In this document: one piece after another, positions 48,154-60,904 of the stretch
How positions within the stretch are numbered: position 1 is the first letter of the stretch
How the letters are laid out: each line of letters opens with the position of its first letter
Assembly: GCA_004431415.1 (NCBI GenBank)
Contig: QPMI01000393.1
Span: 1 to 64,000, forward strand
Direction of reading: 5' to 3'
From: Cyanophora paradoxa CCMP329
Lineage: Eukaryota > Plantae > Glaucophyta
Length of the DNA: 64,000 bases
Program-made: the position numbers and the translations under genes
Notes under the pieces: generated by a model
Seen by the model: the letters and a program-made list of their open reading frames with translations, nothing else
What the model was told of the DNA's origin: nothing
Databases searched by the model: none

Positions 48154-49162
48154 ATGCCTGTGGATTACATCGAAGTGAGCTCTTTCAATACAATTTCGGG
48201 AGATGGACCAACTTCGAGTTTTATTGCTCGCCTCCCCAGCACCTATGAATTTGTGAGAGCAGTAAGACTGGTTTCAGCAGAATTTTATAACAGCATTCCC
48301 ATGGTGAGTGGTGAAACCAAAGTAGGAGATGTGACAATTGATAATGCAATCTACCTTTATTGGTCTGAATATTATTCTGGTGCAGGAAGCACTGGTATTC
48401 CAACTGATCGACCTGCTGCTGATTATGAATCATGGAAACACATTGTGATAAGTCGCAGCACACCCATTCAAAACCACCAACAACTGGTGAATGTAATTAA
48501 CTCCAAACTTGCATTGAGAGAGCCACCAGTAGCAATTCGCTGTAAATGGGATGATACACTGAAACGAGTAATATTCCATTCCACCATACCGTTTTACCTG
48601 GCTTTCTCAACTGCAATAAACCCAACCCAGGCGCAGATTCAGAGGTTTTTGAGTTCTGCTCGACTGCTTGGTCTTGATCCTGGGAGATATGGTAACACCC
48701 CAATCCAATCACAAGTTTATAATACTCTGACTGATGGTATCTTTACTGGGTCGATGGTGCATGGTATCATATCTTCATTTGAACCTGAAAAGACCAGGAT
48801 AGTGTTCTGTTTGTGAGAGTAAAGGAGTTGGGTGATCTGGTTCAATGTGGTGATGGTCTCCTCACTGGATATTTCCACAAAATCGTTGTTCCAGATAAAG
48901 ATTATGGTGAGCATGTCGTTTATAATTCGACAGAAGCCATCCGATTTATAAATACTATAACAAGAATCTGGGACTTTCCACATTTTCGGTTGATATTGTG
49001 AATGCAGTTAATGAACCAATTGATTTCGAGGGTCAACCTGTCCACCTCACCTTCGAAATTCGATATGGTGATGAACCTGCTGGTGATCCTGTGTACGAAT
49101 ACTTCAAGAGGAGAATGGCGGAAACACATCCATCTTATCCGGTTATTGCGAATTTTGCGTAA
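48154..49162 (+). CDS. Minor capsid/penton-like protein 2 (two frameshifts)
   Basis: SSFIARLPSTYEFVRAVRLVSAEFYNSI..ARLLGL..CLRVKEL..FSVDIVNAVNEPIDFEGQPVHLTFEI follows the same motif series as penton 1. Confidence 0.65.
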
Positions 49163-49216
49163 AATCAAGGATCATTGGTGAATTTTTTATGTTGCAGTAT
49201 AATAAAAGAGATAATC

Positions 49217-50589
49217 ATGGATATTACTTCGACCCTCCAACGTCTTTCTCTGAAAGAAGCTCTAACAACCCCGGAAGAAGCCAAGGCGTTCTTCTTGGAC
49301 AACTCTCTCATGCTTGGTCTTGAATCCAAGTCGAAGCCAGTTCTTGTTGTTGTGAACCCAAGCAACACTTTCGAGAATAATGCTGGAAATCGCATTTCTT
49401 TCAAGCTCCCTCGCTACAATTTCTGTGGAAAACTCGAACTTGCGTTTGACCTTCCAGCTGTCACTTTTGCTGGTGATACCGACCTTGTTCGCAATGGATA
49501 CGTTCGCCCAGTTGGTGCTCTTGTCTCTCGACTTGAAATTACCTATGGATCTTACACCTTCCATGTGCCTTCTGATTTCCTTGCTCATTTCCCTCTTATC
49601 TATTACAGTGAGGATCAACTCGCCAAGAAGAAGCGTTCAATGGGAATGGTTCATGGTATCCCTGCCCATGGAACCAACCGACTTGGTGGGTCATTTTTCA
49701 CTGAAATCCCAGTCCCATGGCTAAACCACTACCTACCTCTTGGTGCTCTCTCAGGAGAAATGGTGGTAACTGTCTGGTTCAAGGATGCTGGAAAGGGTTA
49801 TGTTGAGACTTCTTATGGTGGTCGTGCTCTTCCAGTTGTTGGTGGAACAGCTGCTGATAAGACAGAGGATGATGGACTTGGTGCTACTGCTAATGCTACT
49901 CTTGCCCATGTTGGTCAACAGATCACCACTTTTGGAATTGGTGCAACAACAACCCCGAAATTAAAGTCACTTCTCCTCGTCTTTACATGCATGCTATTAA
50001 TGTTTCTGATGAACTGTTTGCTACTGTCATTGAGAAGGTGAAGACCACTGGTATGGCTATTCCTGCTCTGGATATTGGTTTTGTTGACAGTGTCAATTTT
50101 GCTGCAAAAGGCAATGCTCAACCAAATCGTATTAACCTGTCACAGATCTCTGGTCTTGTCTATGGTCTTCTTGTTTCAGTTCGTGATGCCGCAGGTATTG
50201 ATGGTTTCAATGGTTCCCACAGTGTCCTAAAAACGCATGCTAACTCAAAAGACATTACTTTCACTGTTGAAATTAATGGTCAACGTCTCTATGCTACTGA
50301 GCCCATCCCTCTCCTCAAAGGTGCCGAATTAATTGCGGATGCCTTCAAGTGCTCGAATATGGACAAGGTTGCAGACAAATATGTCCTCAGTGGTCTACCA
50401 TTCTGTGTTGATGGAGAGAAAGCGATTCGCAACATTGCCCAGTCTGGCTATGTTGATCTCACGAACTCCTCCTCTTCTTTCCTTACTCTATACATGCCTT
50501 CTGACCAGACAATCACAGTTAATGTTCGTGCTCTCATGCACAGTTTCATTATTGTTGACAAAGATGGTCTTCGTCGCATTAATCTGTAA
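49217..50589 (+). CDS. Major capsid protein, double jelly roll (frameshift ~49960-49990)
   Basis: About 450 aa, beta-rich: GNRISFKLPR..LELAFDLP..LVSRLEITYG..IPVPW..YLPLGAL..EMVVTVWFK..SGYVDLT..VNVRALMHSFIIV. It sits between the pentons and the ATPase. Confidence 0.75.
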
Positions 50590-50651
50590 AACCATTATCA
50601 GTAACGTTTCGTTATTTTTATCTATCTTTAATAAGAAAGATCTACAAAGCC

Positions 50652-51433
50652 ATGTCTGACGTTCCCGAATTTAATGCTGCTGAGATGATTAACCCCCTTT
50701 TCGCGTATTAGCAATCGGAAAAAGCGCGACGGGCAAGTCAGAAGCCGTAAAATATTGGCTAAAACAACTTCACGATGCGAAAAAGTTAGATGTTGTTCTT
50801 GTTATAAGTGGGACATCATTCAATCATTTTTGGGATGATGTCGCAACATTACAGCTCGGTAAATGGGATGCGCCTTACATCGCTAAACTTCTCGATGAAA
50901 GACAAGAGAAAATTGAGAAAGGAGAACCCGTTAATCAATTATGTGTTGTTCTCGATGATCTTATAGACAATGAGATTGTAGACCTTACCCGTGATAAAAT
51001 TATTGGATCTCTGTATTCGCGCGGCCGCCACTCGGCGATTACAATTTTCTGCATAACTCAGAAACTGCGTAAGGTTTCTTCAACCATTCGCGTCAATTCG
51101 GATTATGCAATGTTCCTCAGTGCCGCCAATCGCAAAGAACTGGAAGCCATTGAAGAAGAATACAATATCATGCGGGATAAAGACGCTTTCTATAAGATGT
51201 TTGAGGAATACGTTCACTCCTATCAGTTTCTCATTTGGAGTTCTGCGAATTATTCGGTGGAATACTACGTTGATAAAGCGGAACTCGTTAAAGACTTTAA
51301 GTTTCCTCGGTTCCACAGGAAGCCCAAAAAGAAAGAGGACGAATTACCACCTCCACAGAAAGAGGAAGCCCCCAAAGAGGTCAAGAGTGGTGTTCATTCG
51401 AATAAACTGATGCGATATAAGAGAGGTTTATAA
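50652..51433 (+). CDS. A32-like DNA packaging ATPase (frameshift in the homopolymer near 50695)
   Basis: Walker A VLAIGKSATGKS, Walker B CVVLDD, SRGRHSAITIFCITQ and IRVNSDY. Most of this frame is missed by the ORF track. Confidence 0.9.
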
Positions 51434-51461
51434 AATAATCTCTGCTTCTAATAAATATACA

Positions 51462-52196
51462 ATGCCTTCCAAACGCAAAGTTGGTGTTCCTGCTGGTGCT
51501 ATGTCATATTCTGCATCCTCTGGAACCGGTTCTATTAACACAGAGCCCATGAAATTCAATGGTGTCAATGAAGTTAAAGCATCACAGCAACAAGAAGATC
51601 CCCTCAATGCTGCTTACGAAGAATCACCAGATGATAAAGCGCCCCAGACATCCACCAGTGATCAACTCAATATTTCGCCCGAAACCTCTAAGATGAAGGC
51701 AGTTGGTGAAGGTGCTCGTCGAATTATTGGTGCTGCTGATGACAAAGGACTGGGTCTCCAAGATCTCTCACTTGCTCGCAAAGGTGAAGGTGTCTCCAAG
51801 GAATCAGACAAGGTAATTCAATCCATGGCTGGTGAGGTGACCTACAAGGTCGCACCTACACAGAATATCCACCGAATTCCCAAAGCCCAATGGGACGAAA
51901 TGACTGCGAAACTGAAAGATCTGGAAGCGAAATCCAGTGCTCTTGAACAGTATGTCTCTGAGAAGAAAGAGAGAGCGAAATTGAAGGAGATGCTGCGAAA
52001 GGAGGTGTATAGAATGGGAATTACTGGTCTCCCAGATAAGCAATTCATTGGTAAGAAAGAGACTCAAATTGATGAGCAGGCAGTTGATGAGATGAAGACG
52101 AAAACCCAGAAGGGCACCATTGAACCTGGTGCTACCAAAGCAGAGGTCGACAAAGGTGTTGCCCCCACAGTATATAAACGACGAGTATGGCTTTAA
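51462..52196 (+). CDS. Hypothetical Lys-rich viral protein, 244 aa
   Basis: Intact ORF with an AT-rich upstream context and a coiled-coil segment; no family recognised. Confidence 0.7.
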   Translation: MPSKRKVGVPAGAMSYSASSGTGSINTEPMKFNGVNEVKASQQQEDPLNAAYEESPDDKAPQTSTSDQLNISPETSKMKAVGEGARRIIGAADDKGLGLQDLSLARKGEGVSKESDKVIQSMAGEVTYKVAPTQNIHRIPKAQWDEMTAKLKDLEAKSSALEQYVSEKKERAKLKEMLRKEVYRMGITGLPDKQFIGKKETQIDEQAVDEMKTKTQKGTIEPGATKAEVDKGVAPTVYKRRVWL

Positions 52197-52223
52197 TTAT
52201 CTCGCATTAAGAGAGAGAGCATC

Positions 52224-52457
52224 ATGGATTTCTTGCGAAAAATCATAGAGATGTTTAATCTCCACATTGTGAGCAATTGTCACAGTGGCTGCTGTGATAC
52301 AAAAGTCGAAATCGAATTCTCTGACACTGAAAGTCATGGATCTGGTGGTAGGCGATTATCCACAGACTCGGTGGATTTCGAGGAGCATATTAAAACAGAG
52401 ACTGTGAGGCGACGCTCTGTATCTTTCACAGATCCGAAATTAAATCTCGGTAATTAA
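52224..52457 (+). CDS. Small viral protein (HIVSNCHSGCC motif)
   Basis: Intact 77-aa ORF directly after the previous gene. Confidence 0.55.
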   Translation: MDFLRKIIEMFNLHIVSNCHSGCCDTKVEIEFSDTESHGSGGRRLSTDSVDFEEHIKTETVRRRSVSFTDPKLNLGN

Positions 52458-52657
52458 TATCGAATGCTCAGTCTCTCTGAGATCTATGCTATCCTTGAAA
52501 GGAAATCCGCTGAATATGCAACAGAAGACGCAATAAAAAAGCGTAGACAGGAACTGGTCTCGATCTGCAAAAAATGACAAGGGATTTAAGGGTAAGGTGT
52601 GTTTGATTGGTGAACCGGACAAATTATTTTCTCGTCCCATTATAAGGAACATATCAA

Positions 52658-52885
52658 ATGGAAACTGAATCTGTGGTCGAATTCGAACTTGCAATGAGCG
52701 AGGTGGATCCCAATGAGAGGAAAAGGTTGTATGACCGCTTGTATTTCCAGAAACGCTATCAAGATGAGGAATTTCGAGAATTATATCGTAAAAAGGCACT
52801 GGAACGATATTATCGCAGGAAAGCTGCTGAGATGGATCCCAATAATCCAGTGAAACGCCCAGTAGGTCGTCCCAGAAAATACTGA
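52658..52885 (+). CDS. Small basic AT-hook DNA-binding protein
   Basis: KKALERYYRRK..KRPVGRPRKY; GRPR is the AT-hook core. Confidence 0.7.
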   Translation: METESVVEFELAMSEVDPNERKRLYDRLYFQKRYQDEEFRELYRKKALERYYRRKAAEMDPNNPVKRPVGRPRKY

Positions 52886-53078
52886 ACCGCCCCAAAGTCC
52901 CAGATATCCGCTGAATCCTTTTTGTTACCATGATCAATCGACTTTTCGATGGATCATTACCATACATCGAGCGCCAATCGGAGAACCCAAAGGTATTTAA
53001 AGGTTAGGCGCCAAAAAATGACAAGCGACCGGAGAAATTAATTTCTCCATTAAGGATAAGAAGCCCCCGATTGTTGAA

Positions 53079-55441
53079 ATGAACGCTGCCGCCAAGAAAT
53101 CCCTGAAACGCCTTGTTGAATGGCTTCGTGAAGACGATGTCCTGTCTGAGAATATCGTTATTCCTGTTGATCCTGATACCAAAAAGCCACTTTTCGCTCA
53201 TAAAGACGGAACCTGGTCTTGGGATAAATTCGATGAAGCCCTGAAATCCGGTAAATATACTGCTTGGGGCATTCTCGCTCGTAATATCCTGGTAATTGAC
53301 TTCGACCAAGAGGAGGATTTCGCCAAATTCGAGGAGCAATTCCCTGATGATTTCGGTGGTGTTAATCCTCTTGCTAAAACCAAAAAAGGATATCATGCAT
53401 TCTTCGCTCGACCTGCTGAATTCGACACCATTAAGATCTGGGATAAAGCGGGTGCATTCAAAGGAAACCCAAGATCGACTGCAAAACGATTGCATCCACT
53501 GGGACTGCTGGGGTGATTAATGTTTGCCCCAGTCCCAACAAAACATGGATCAGAGAGCCATGGGCATCTGAGTGTGAGTTAAATGAACCCACTGCTGAGT
53601 TGCAAAAGTGGATTGTTGAAAACTACGAATTCCCCAAAGGTGCACATTCTTATTATGCAAGGTGCGCTGAGGAGAATTTGCAGAAACATATTCTTTCTAA
53701 ACTCGAAGAATTCGGTTTCATCTTGCCCACAATCATCAATGAGACCAAGATGGGATACAATTTCACTGCTGAGAACAAAGGTCTGGTCTGTCCCTGCTGC
53801 AAGGGAAGCCATGACTCGAACAATTGGTATATTGTTCAAGGGAAGGAGAAGGACAAATATATTGTTTCGAGTTACAGTGCAAACTGCAAGAAGCGACTTA
53901 TCACAATTCGTGTGAAGGAAGAGACAGATGCGAATATCGAAAATCTGATTGATCGGTCTGCTGGATCTGATGGTGCCCATTATGATGTTGCACAGGTTGC
54001 CTATCTTGTTCTGCAAGACAAATACAAGTATTCCAACAAGACCTGGTTCAAGTTCAATGATGTATGTGGGATTTGGGAGATGGATGAAACTGGGAAGCGA
54101 ATCTTTCTCTGTTTGAGCTGCAAGGTCTGTCCAGTTTATCTTCAACGTTCTGTTCAACTCGCACAGAGAGCTCTTCGTGATGAAGAGAACCGCAATTCCT
54201 TGGAGGAAAGGTCAAAGATTCTGCTGGGAATTGCTAAGAGCCTCAAACAGACTACATACAGAACTGCACTTATGTCTGATCTTTCAGTTCTGTTCAGTGA
54301 CAAGACCTTTTTCGAGAGACTTGATACTGTTCCCAATATCATTGGATTCACAAATGGTGTGTTTGACTTGAACTCCATGACTTTTCGAAAGGGACTCCCA
54401 GATGATATGGTGAGCAAGACTGTCGGCTACGATTATACCACAGAAATCGACCAAGAGAAGGTTGCAAAGATTAAATCCATCTATGCAGACATTATTGAAT
54501 CGGATACAGACCGCGAATTCATGCTGGGATTAATCGCCTATGCCCTGAGTGGTTTGACAGAAAATCAGAGATACACTTGCTGGACTGGAATTGGAGCAAA
54601 TGGGAAATCACTGCTCCAAGAGTTGGTGAAAGACACATTTGGTGAGTATTATGGGTCACTGGACATGACATATTGGACTAAACCCAAGAAGAGTTCGTCA
54701 GAGGCTTCCCCAGAACTCGCTTGCATTCTTGGTAAACGAATTGTTTTCAGTAATGAAGCAGAAGATGGTGACATGCTTCAACTGAACAAAATCAAACAGG
54801 TTACTGGTGGGAATGAGATGAAGGTTCGAGCTCTTTTCAAAGATCTTGTTACATTCATTCCCATGTTCCAGTTGTTCTTGTCCACAAATGACAACCTGGG
54901 AATCAGTAAACCAGATGCAGCAATCCAAAGGCGAATTATCTACTACCGATTCGAAAATGTCTTCAAGGTCGATCCTCAGCCTGGTGAGAAGAAAGCAGAT
55001 ACCACTCTAATGCGCCTAATGAAGAATGATGACGATTATAAAATGGCGCATATGTCCATTCTCCTGGAAATGTGGAGAACCCATTCTCTCAATGAATTCG
55101 TCACCAAACCACCCCAGTCCATTGTTGATCAAGGTGTTGAATATTTCAATGAGAATGACAAGATTGGAGAATGGATTCGTGAGAGTTATGAACTCACCAA
55201 GAGTCAAGGGGATTTCGCCACAAGTGAGTCCATTATCAGTCACTTTAAGATGGATCACATGGGCAAATATGATGAGAAAATCACAGAATGCACTATCTTG
55301 AAGAGACTTCGCGAAGTCTTTAATGTGAAGGCTGAGAGAAAGCGAGTCAATGGTGTTCTTGCTCGTGGCTACTTTGGGATCAAAAAGAAGCATAGTCGCA
55401 AGTTGGTGGATGACAGTGATGTTGAAGGTGGGGATGAGTAA
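53079..55441 (+). CDS. Primase-polymerase (AEP/PrimPol-type) fused to a D5-like SF3 helicase (frameshift ~53465-53515)
   Basis: ILVIDFD (DxD), KTKKGYHAFF, Zn-like CPCCKGSH, D5_N IGFTNGVFDL..FRKGLPDDM, Walker A TGIGANGKS, IVFSNE, KQVTGG, FLSTN, RRI. Confidence 0.9.
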
Positions 55442-55539
55442 ATAAACAGAATCGATTCTAATACTGATTGAATTTCTTATTTTTTAAAAACCTTACTGTA
55501 AATGGTTTGTGTGACAGCTGTGACACCTTTTTAATTGAG

Positions 55540-55642
55540 TGTGACGCCTGTGACGCCTGTGACGCCTACTTTCAAACTTTTTAAAATTTCAAAAATCTAC
55601 AAACCTCTGAAAACAGGTGTCACAGGCGTCACAGGCGTCACA
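55540..55642 (-). repeat. Inverted-iteron module 3, inverted relative to modules 1-2, ~100 bp downstream of the helicase stop
   Basis: 103 bp: (TGTGACGCC)x3, core CTTTCAAACTTTTTAAAATTTC.., then (GGCGTCACA)x3. Confidence 0.9.
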
Positions 55643-55794
55643 CCCAATTAACCACAGACTCCCCCCTGTGGGTCGATGACTTTTTCGATTCTTTATCGGA
55701 CAATATAAAAACGTATCGTAAATCGGTGTGTTTTGACAAAAATTGACTGGCGATTTAAGGGATCATTGCGTTTTCCCTTTGACTTTGACAGAAC

Positions 55795-55986
55795 ATGGAT
55801 TATTTCGACGAAATTCAGCGGCAGCTGGTCGAAAAGAATGATATTGCAGAGGTAGCGGAATATATTGCAAAGATCAGAGCCAGTAATGGTATACCATATC
55901 AAAAGAAGCGATTGTATGCAAGCAGACTCGACACAGTAAATGTATATGTCCCCAAAGGCACGAATGTGCGAATCATTAGAACCTGA
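55795..55986 (+). CDS. Small hypothetical viral protein
   Basis: 63-aa ORF upstream of PolB. Confidence 0.4.
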   Translation: MDYFDEIQRQLVEKNDIAEVAEYIAKIRASNGIPYQKKRLYASRLDTVNVYVPKGTNVRIIRT

Positions 55987-56042
55987 AAAATGCGAAATGC
56001 GTTCAAATTGCCCAAAAATAATATGTTCCCTTAAAGTAAAAG

Positions 56043-59000
56043 ATGCCCCGCCAATCCAATAGAATCATCAAAGAAAAGAAAAACGAAATACTCGGTCTTT
56101 TAGGAACCCTTTTAGTCACTGGTGATATTACAGAATTCGAATATGATCGCCAGGCAGCAATCCTGGATAGGAGACCAAGGTTATCTCAACTCACAGAAAT
56201 TACAAATCGCCTCTATGATCGTTTTGAGAAAATGGAGGAATTCAGGGATGAAGGTTTAAGGTTGGGAACAATTGAACCCGAGATTGAGGATGGGGAAGCA
56301 ATGAACAAAGCATATTCTTGGTTAACCTATCGAGCAAGAGGGGAGGTTATCCAAGATGGGATTGAATTCTTGGAGAGAATTGCAACTACTCTACCTCAGA
56401 GACTCAGACAGAAACTCCAAGACCTGAGAGCAATTAAGACTCGGTTGACCTTCATCTGTAAATTCACCAAAGTGAGTGATCCAAGGGTGTGGATCACCAA
56501 ATTCATTTACAGTGATTACTTTGTCATCACAAGATCACGAAATATTGATGTTGAACTGCGAAATGCCCTTCAATCTATGCAGGAACAGATGATGCAGGTT
56601 GACAGTTACAGACTGGATCGCATTGAGATGCTGAGAGTGGTAATAATGTCTTATGCTCCTGTGGGTGGTTGCTTCTTCTCAACTCCTGAGTGGATTGGAT
56701 CAAAGAGAGCAACTGTGAATGTGAAGAATATTGATGGTCAAGACTGCTTCAAGTATGCAATCTTGGCTTACCTGCACCGAAATGATATTAATAAACACAA
56801 GAGCAATGAACCCAGCCAGTATAGAAGATGGTTAAACGAACTCAATTTCGAAGGCATCCAGTTTCCAGTTGCCTGTGATGCAGAGGTTATTGATCGATTT
56901 GAGGAGCAGAACCCTGAACTGAGTATCAACATTTATGGTGCAGATAATCAAGCACAGTGTTTCTATCCTCTCCATCAATCCAGCAACCCAGGAGAAAGAC
57001 CAAGATTAACCTTTTATTAATCGAAAACGAAGAGGATGATAGAGGGCATTATATCACCATCATGTCTCTGAGTAGACTTCTGAAAACCACCTTTGATAAA
57101 GCCCATGATGGTCGCATCTATTACTGTGAGACCTGTCTGTCTCGTTTCAGAACTCAGGAGAAGCTGGATGTTCATATAGATGCGAATCGTTGCATTGATT
57201 GGAGGGAGAGCAAAGGTAAATGCCCGAAATCTGGAAGTCACATTGCATTTGGGCTTCAACACCTTCGCAAAACTGTGTGGCTTCCCACTATCTGCTATGT
57301 GAAAATGGACAGTCACTCGGTTCCAATTGATGAGAACCGCAGTAAAAGAGAGGTCAAATCGGTTTCTTTAACAGTTGTGATGGGGATGAGGTGATCTCTC
57401 ATTATTTCGAGGGATCAGATCCACTTGGTGCTCTGTTTACCACTCTCACAGAGATCAGACCCCAAGTAATCCGCACTCTATTCACCAATATTCCAATGCA
57501 CCCACTCACAGAAGAGCAGAAAGCACAATACAAGATCACTAAACACTGTTATATCTGTGCTGAACGATTTACCCATGAGAATTTCCCAGTGAGAGACCAT
57601 TGTCATCAATCAGGAGCTTTTATTGGAAAGCATGTCGAAACTGCAACCTCCACAGGAGAATCTCAAAGCAAACGAAAGTAGCAATTGTGGTAGATCACAT
57701 GGATGAATGTGGACACGAAATATTCCGCAAAATTGCACAGCAAGATGATAAACTTCGTGTTGAGATCCTGAGCAAGAATTTCGATCAATACCTCTCCCTG
57801 CAATGGGGCATGTGGAAATTCATAGATGCTTCGCATTTCATGGACTTCCAGGCAGTGGATGCAAGTGATCTAATGGGTAAATTCCAGACATTCCGAGAAT
57901 TGGCGTTTTCCCAATATGGATTGGATCCTGCCCATTATGTTTCGGCTCCTGGATTATCCTGGGATGCAATGCTAATTTATACCAGAGCAAAGATAGAGCA
58001 GATCAGTGATGTAGGGCAATACGAATTTATTGAGAGGGCAATTCGAGGTGGGTTTGCTACAATGCCTACTCGATATGCAAAGGTGGAAAACCCAGATGAC
58101 CATATAGTTCTCTTGGATGCAAATAATCTGTATGGTTATGCTCTCAGTCAAGAACTGCCCATTGGCGATTTTCGATGGGAAGATGTCACAGAGGCACTTA
58201 AAGAGACCCAAGGACGAAGTGCCTTTATTGAAGTAGACCTGGAATACCCACAAACTCTCACAGATCATTACGATTTTCCACTTGTAGTTAATAAAGAACA
58301 TGTCACCACCGAAATGCTGGGTGGGTATCAAAGAAAGTTACTGGATATCACAGGTGAGAAGATAAGCAAAGACCCCAAACTCACAGCAACATTCACACCC
58401 AAAACCAATTATGTAATCTCCCAACCTCTCTTGGTCTATCTTGTGAGCAAAGGTATTACTATTAAGAAGGTTCACAGGGTGCTCTCATTTGCAACCTCTG
58501 CATTTATGAAGAGTTACATTGATCTAAATACGAAACTGAGGCGACAATCTGCGACCAGATTCGAGAGTGACTTCTTTAAGTTAATGAACAATGCAATCTA
58601 TGGTAAATGCCTCGAATCATGCAGGGGTCGATCTGTGGTGAAGATTGCTAATAGTGAGAAACTCTGCAAGAAATATGCTGCAAGTCCACTCATCAAGGCG
58701 ACCAATGTATTAAACGAAAATGCTGTTGCCTTTGAGATGTATTCCAAGCATGTTCACTTAGATAAACCAGTTGCAATTGGGGCTTTTGTGCTGGATTTTG
58801 CGAAACTCCATAATAGCAGGTTCTTTTATGATGTGGTGAGGAGAACTTGGGAAACAGCAGAGCTACTATTCCATGATACAGATTCTTTCTGTCTACTGCT
58901 GCATACCAATGATCTAAATAATGAGATGAAGCGAATTTCTGAACACCTGGATTGCAGTAATTATGATCCTGCTCACCCTCTCTTTGATAGGAGCAATCGT

Positions 59001-59320
59001 TTGATTCCAGGTAAATATAAAAACGAGTTTCCCAATGCAAAGATTGTGGAGTATGTAGGTCTGAGATCGAAACTCTATGCTTTCAGAACTGAGACCTTTG
59101 ACAAAATAAAAATGTCTGGAACCTCCTCAAAAGAGGTTACTTTGATGATTTCAAGAGATGCCTGTTTGAAGGCATCACCAAAACAGTAGCAGTAGTAAAC
59201 AAGCGAAGGCAAGACCACAACCTATATGATTTGGAGAGCAGAAGGGTGGCTCTAAACCAACTCGATAGCAAAAGGAAGATATTAGACGATGGAATTCACA
59301 GCATTCCATTTGGGCTCTAA
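56043..59320 (+). CDS. Polinton-type protein-primed DNA polymerase B (about four frameshifts)
   Basis: NVKNIDGQDCFKYAIL, CYIC..VRDHCH.SG..ACRNCNL, GLDPAHYVSAPGLSWDAML, IRGG, LDANNLYGYAL, KLMNNAIYGK, HDTDS, GLRSKLYA, DSKR.I..DGIHSIPFG. Confidence 0.92.
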
Positions 59321-59503
59321 TCTACTTCATTGATCTTTCTTTTTCTTTGGTTTCGCTCTCCAAGAAGTAACAAACCGCGAATTAAATGCAGCAGCCATAT
59401 ACATCTTAATCCTGGATCATTGGGCTCAATTGCAAAGTAGTTGGGAATTGTGTTCTCCTTCCACACAGAGTCTTGCATTTATTATATGAGAGATAAGGTA
59501 AAG

Positions 59504-60903
59504 ATGCCTTCTACACAAATAGGATTGAGACAACCACCAAGAATTGTGAGAAAAGAGGCAATTGAAGATCGAGGGAATATTCTGCCCATCACAGTTCCAG
59601 TGGAGGAGAAGAGCAGTCGAATATTGAAAAGATCAGAGATGGTCAAGCAATTAATCCCAGAGACCCTCCCAGCTGAGACAGCACCAAAAGAGTCGAAGAT
59701 TGCTAAGAAGTTCTATGATCCCAGGACAGGCTACAAGGGATTTACTGCAATGAGACAGGAACTACCAGAGGAGAACTACAAGAAAATGAGAGAATGGTAT
59801 GATAAGCAGGAGGTTGTCCAAATTAATGCACCTACCCTATCTCGAAAGAGAGATCCCATGATTCCAATTAGGCAACCCCTTGATACATATGTGATTGATC
59901 TGCTCTTCTTTCCTGCATACAAAAAGCAGAATGATGGTTATGATACATTTATGAGTGCAATGGAATCAACCCTGAGAACAGGGTTCATTATTCCAATGAG
60001 AGACAAAAGTGCTCTTACTACACTTGCAGCATTCAAGCAACTTGAACAGAGAGTCCCCAGACCAATTGTTCGCATTCAGAGTGATAGTGGAAGCGAATTT
60101 ACCAATGTGTTATTCACAGATTATTTGGGAACGAAATTCATTGAGCATCAACTAAGTGATGTTGCAGATCACAGAACCCAAGGTCGGATTGAAGCCTTTA
60201 ACAGACAGATCAAGAGATTAATCACAAACTACTGCATTGCAAATAATACTGCACGATTTTTTGATGTGTTGGGTGATATTGAGTATAATTATAATAATAC
60301 CATCCACTCTGCAACCAAGAGAAAACCAGCAGAGACCACAGAAGCCCACTACAAAGAGATAGTGAATATGGAGGATCAGAGATTCAAGAAATCGATTGAG
60401 TATCTTGATGCTCTGAAACCTGGAATGTTTGTGAGAGTGAAAGTTGAAAAGAATCCATTTGCAAAGCAGGGTGTTAATTGGTCTCGAATTGTTTATAGTG
60501 TGGAGGGCAGAGAGGGCTTCAAATTCAGAATCAGAAGTCCCAGTGGTGAGATAGTTGATGGTAGATTCGCTTTTCATGAACTGCTTCCCATTAAAGGTGT
60601 TGAGTATCATGAAACTCCCACAGTGGATGCCCTTGAACAGGCAAAAGAGGAAGCCAGGGTTGATTCAGCAATCAGAAAGGAGGGCATAGAAAAAGCAAGT
60701 GAAGTTCCAAAAGAACCCTCACAGAAGCAAGAGCACAAAAGAAGGGCAGAGTAGAGAAAGAGTTGAAGAAGTTGACCATAGCAGGAACCCAGAAATTATC
60801 AGAAGTTAACAGTCAGAGATGGTATAATGACTTTTCAACCACCAAGGAAACATATACTGCACCCCAAACTCGATTTAATTTACGAAGTGGTCAGAGGAAA
60901 TAG
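59504..60903 (+). CDS. RVE (retroviral-like) integrase, Polinton c-integrase type (late frameshift ~60720)
   Basis: DDE triad YVIDL / IQSDSGSEF / RIEAFNRQIK, then YNNTIHSAT..P, G..VRV and NWS..VY.V; no chromodomain seen. Confidence 0.9.
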
Positions 60904-60904
60904 A

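Noticed and set aside
59504-60903. LTR retroelement or Ginger transposon integrase
   Set aside because: It lies next to pPolB and capsid genes with the same base composition, as expected of a Polinton integrase.
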